A DNA stretch of 64,000 nucleotides from Geosiphon pyriformis uo1 (lineage: Eukaryota > Fungi > Glomeromycota). How positions within the stretch are numbered: the stretch's first letter is position 1; each line of letters begins with the position of its first letter. Position numbers and translations under genes: made by a program. Below are positions 61,291-64,000 of the stretch, piece after piece. Under the pieces are notes generated by a model. The model was given only the letters and a program-made list of their open reading frames with translations, searched no databases and had not been told where the DNA came from. Location of the stretch: the NCBI GenBank assembly GCA_016748015.1, contig JAAOMT010000222.1:561924-625923 (forward strand), read 5' to 3'.

Positions 61291-64000
61291 TGTGTTTTTA
61301 TATACTTTTTTGGTTGTTCAATTTGATGTGTTTGGTTCAATAACTATAATTGGTTCCAGATCTTGTGGAATTTCATCTGGTTGAACTAGTATTCTTTGTA
61401 CTCCTAGTTGTGGAATGTTATTGGTGGATGATGATACTATCTGGTAATATTGTTTTAGTCGATCACCATGTGCTGCTTTGGCTAAGATTTTGTTATTCAA
61501 TCTTAATTTATAAGTTTCATTTCCAAGAATTTCTTCTATGTAAAATGGTCTGTCCCATTTGGGATCAAATTTTCTATTCTATTGTTTTTCCACTTTGATA
61601 TAATATAAAAGTATCTTGTCTCCAATCTTGAATTCAACTGGTTTATCTGGTAGTTGGTTATCATGTTTTTTTTTTGTTTTTCTTGTGACTTTTGAATGTT
61701 ATCAGCTGTTCTTCATTACTTGTTTTCTAGAGTTTCCATCAAGTTATGTTCTTCTTAGCAACATTTCCTGAAAATTGTCTTCAGTTATTGGTTCTGTTGG
61801 ATAAGTGTTGACTTCTATCTCTACTGGTAATGTTGCTGTTCTACCATATACTAATTCAAATAGTGTTGCTTGTGTAGTGTCTTGCTTTATTGTCCAATAA
61901 GCAAATAGTACTGATGATATAAACAAATCCCATTTGTCCTGGTTTTCTTAACTGATCTTGGCAATTGCTTTACATAGTGTTCTATTGAATCTTTCAACTA
62001 GTCCATTGATTTGTGGATGGTATGGTGATAACAATGGTCTTTTAATTCGAAATCTTTGACTTAATTCTGCCAGTGTTCTGTTCACAAAGTGAATTCCTTG
62101 ATCTGATAATAGTTTTTTTGGACATCTGTGTCGACAGATCAAATCTTGATGGATGAATTTGGCAATGGATTTTACATCTGTTCTTTGAATGGCTTTTGCT
62201 TTTGGTCATTTAGTGAGATAATCCATAGCTACTGCAATATATCTGTTGTCTCTGCTGGTGATTGTTAATGGTCCGACTAAGTCAATTCCAATTTGATCAA
62301 ATGGTTGTCTCACTTTGATTGGTCTCAATGGTTTACTAGGTTTTGTTCCTTCTCTTTTCTGACAAGCATCACAATTTTGTACATATTGTATAATGTCTGG
62401 ATACATTGATGGCCAATAATATCTTTTTCTAGTTCTTTTTATGGTTGCTTCTTTATGAAAATGTCCTGCTGTTGGATCTGAGTGCATGTTGAATAGTATT
62501 GTTTCTTTCTCTGGTTCTGTAATTACTTTGATTGGTTGATTTGGATTTCTTCTGTTCTTCTGGTAAAGTATATTTTGATGGTTGATAAAATATTTTGATT
62601 GTTGTTTTATGTTCTTTTGTTCCTTTTGAGATATTTCTCCTTGAACAATTGGGTATTTATATAATATTGTAGTTGTTGGTATTTTTGGATGTTTATATTT
62701 TGTTATATTTTTGGGTTGAAATGTTTTTAGATTTGTCTTATTTGCAACAATTCATCAGTATTTCCATTGTTTTTTCTCTTTTTATAATGTACTGTATAGT
62801 TTAATGATGAAAGTTCTATTTTCTATTTGGCATGGTGGTTATCTGTAAATTCTTGTTTCTGGATTGAAGTCAATTCTTTGTGATCAGTATACACTTCAAA
62901 CTTTTGACTCAAGTATTCTTTCCATTTGATGACAGTCCAATAGATAGCTAAGTGTTCTAGTACTGGAGTTCCATAATTCTTTTCAGCTGGACTTAAGCTT
63001 CTATTGACATAAGCTACTGAATGCTCTCTTTCATTCAATCCTTTTTGCAATAGTACTATTCCTAATGCTTGACCTGATGCATCAGTGGTGATTATGAATG
63101 GTCTGCTGTAATCTGAATACATTAATACTGGAGCTTGGATAAGCTTTCTTCTTAATGTGTCAAATGCTTCTTGTTGAGTTTTAGTCCATTTATACTTCAC
63201 ATTCTTGGTTTGTAGATAATAAAATGGTTGAGCCAGTTTTGAAAAGTCTTTGATAAAATGGCAATAGTAGCCTGCAAAACCCAAAAATGCTCTTAGTTCT
63301 GTCAAATTGGTTGGTACTAGAAAGTTCTTAACTATTTCAATCTTGTCTGAATTTATTTTGATTTTATCTTTGCTCATCACATGTCCCAAAAATTTGAATT
63401 CAGTTTTTCCAAAGAAACATTTGGTTGTATTTAGTTTCAATCCAGCTCTTCTTAGTCTCTCAAACACTTGTTAAAGATGATGCAAATGATTATCAAATGT
63501 TTTTGAGAACACATTGGTGTCATCCAAGTATACAACTACTGATTTCCATAGTAATCTAGTATAAACAATTTCCATAAGTTATTGGAATATTACTGGGGCA
63601 TTCATCAAGCCAAATGACATGACTTCAAACTCAAAATTTTTTTCTCTTGTGGTAAATGCTGTTTTCTTTTTGTCGGCTGAATCCATGGCTATTTGCTAGT
63701 AACCACTATTTAAATCCAGTGTTAAGAACCATTTATTTCCTCTAAAAGCATCAAATAGTTCTTGGATCTTTGGAGTTGAGTAATTATTATCTTAAGTTAC
63801 TTCATTCAGTTTTTGATAATCCACACAAAAATAGATCTTTCCATTCTTTTTCTGGACTAGTACCACTGGTAATAACCATGGGCTTATTGATGACTGAATT
63901 AGTCTGTTGTCAAGCATTCGGTTAATTTCTTGATGAATGATTTTATGGCTGGCTGGTGGTATTCTGTATGCTCTTTGTTTAATTGGTATTGCATTTCTAG

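Larger units (their letters stand above)
59088..64000 (-). mobile_element. pol: Gypsy I: RT-RNaseH-integrase, ORF3, PPT and 3' LTR (59088-59953); least decayed copy, runs off the window
   Basis: ORF track 62823-63467 (RT thumb/RNase H, ITTDASG), 62206-62487 (HHCC, GIDLVGP), 61948-62142 (SDQG, PYHPQ.NGLVERFN). VVYLDD at about 63520. LTR with TGTTAC/ATAACA termini. Confidence 0.95.

Noticed and set aside
60031-61320. Tandem duplication of ORF3
   Set aside because: An exact 635-bp repeat flanking a 20-N gap, in a region where real copies always differ by transitions. This indicates an unmerged contig overlap.

Overview
Very AT-rich eukaryotic DNA, most likely from an early-diverging fungus. The introns and retroelement families resemble Glomeromycotina, for example Geosiphon-like genomes; this assignment is inferred. 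About 90% of the window is a deeply nested graveyard of decayed transposons. It holds at least 9 Ty3/Gypsy elements (two full length: 20766-32187 minus and 34017-43776 plus) and 8 solo LTRs with 4-bp TSDs. It also holds one full-length and two partial RNase H-bearing LINEs and one Tc1/mariner. All are riddled with C>T/G>A transitions and nearly devoid of CpG. A sharply bounded CpG-retaining island (about 51665-57740) contains three things: a hAT-type MITE, a frameshifted multi-exon gene with a PD-(D/E)xK-like nuclease domain whose internal exons are tandemly amplified around a GC-rich palindromic module, and a convergent gene fragment. No intact protein-coding gene, tRNA, rRNA or CRISPR array is supported. 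The most novel-looking signals are in the Gypsy elements. (1) An approximately 500-nt R/U5 module keeps its stems across otherwise unalignable LTR families. It begins with a TACTAAC plus poly-T tract and ends in a tRNA-3'-end mimic (GCACCA) that base-pairs with the element's own PBS. (2) A conserved non-Env third ORF follows integrase. (3) A Cys-rich plus dUTPase insert lies between protease and RT. Two 20-N gaps are flanked by exact duplications that are probably assembly artefacts. Coordinates were read by eye, so boundaries of the most decayed parts are approximate.
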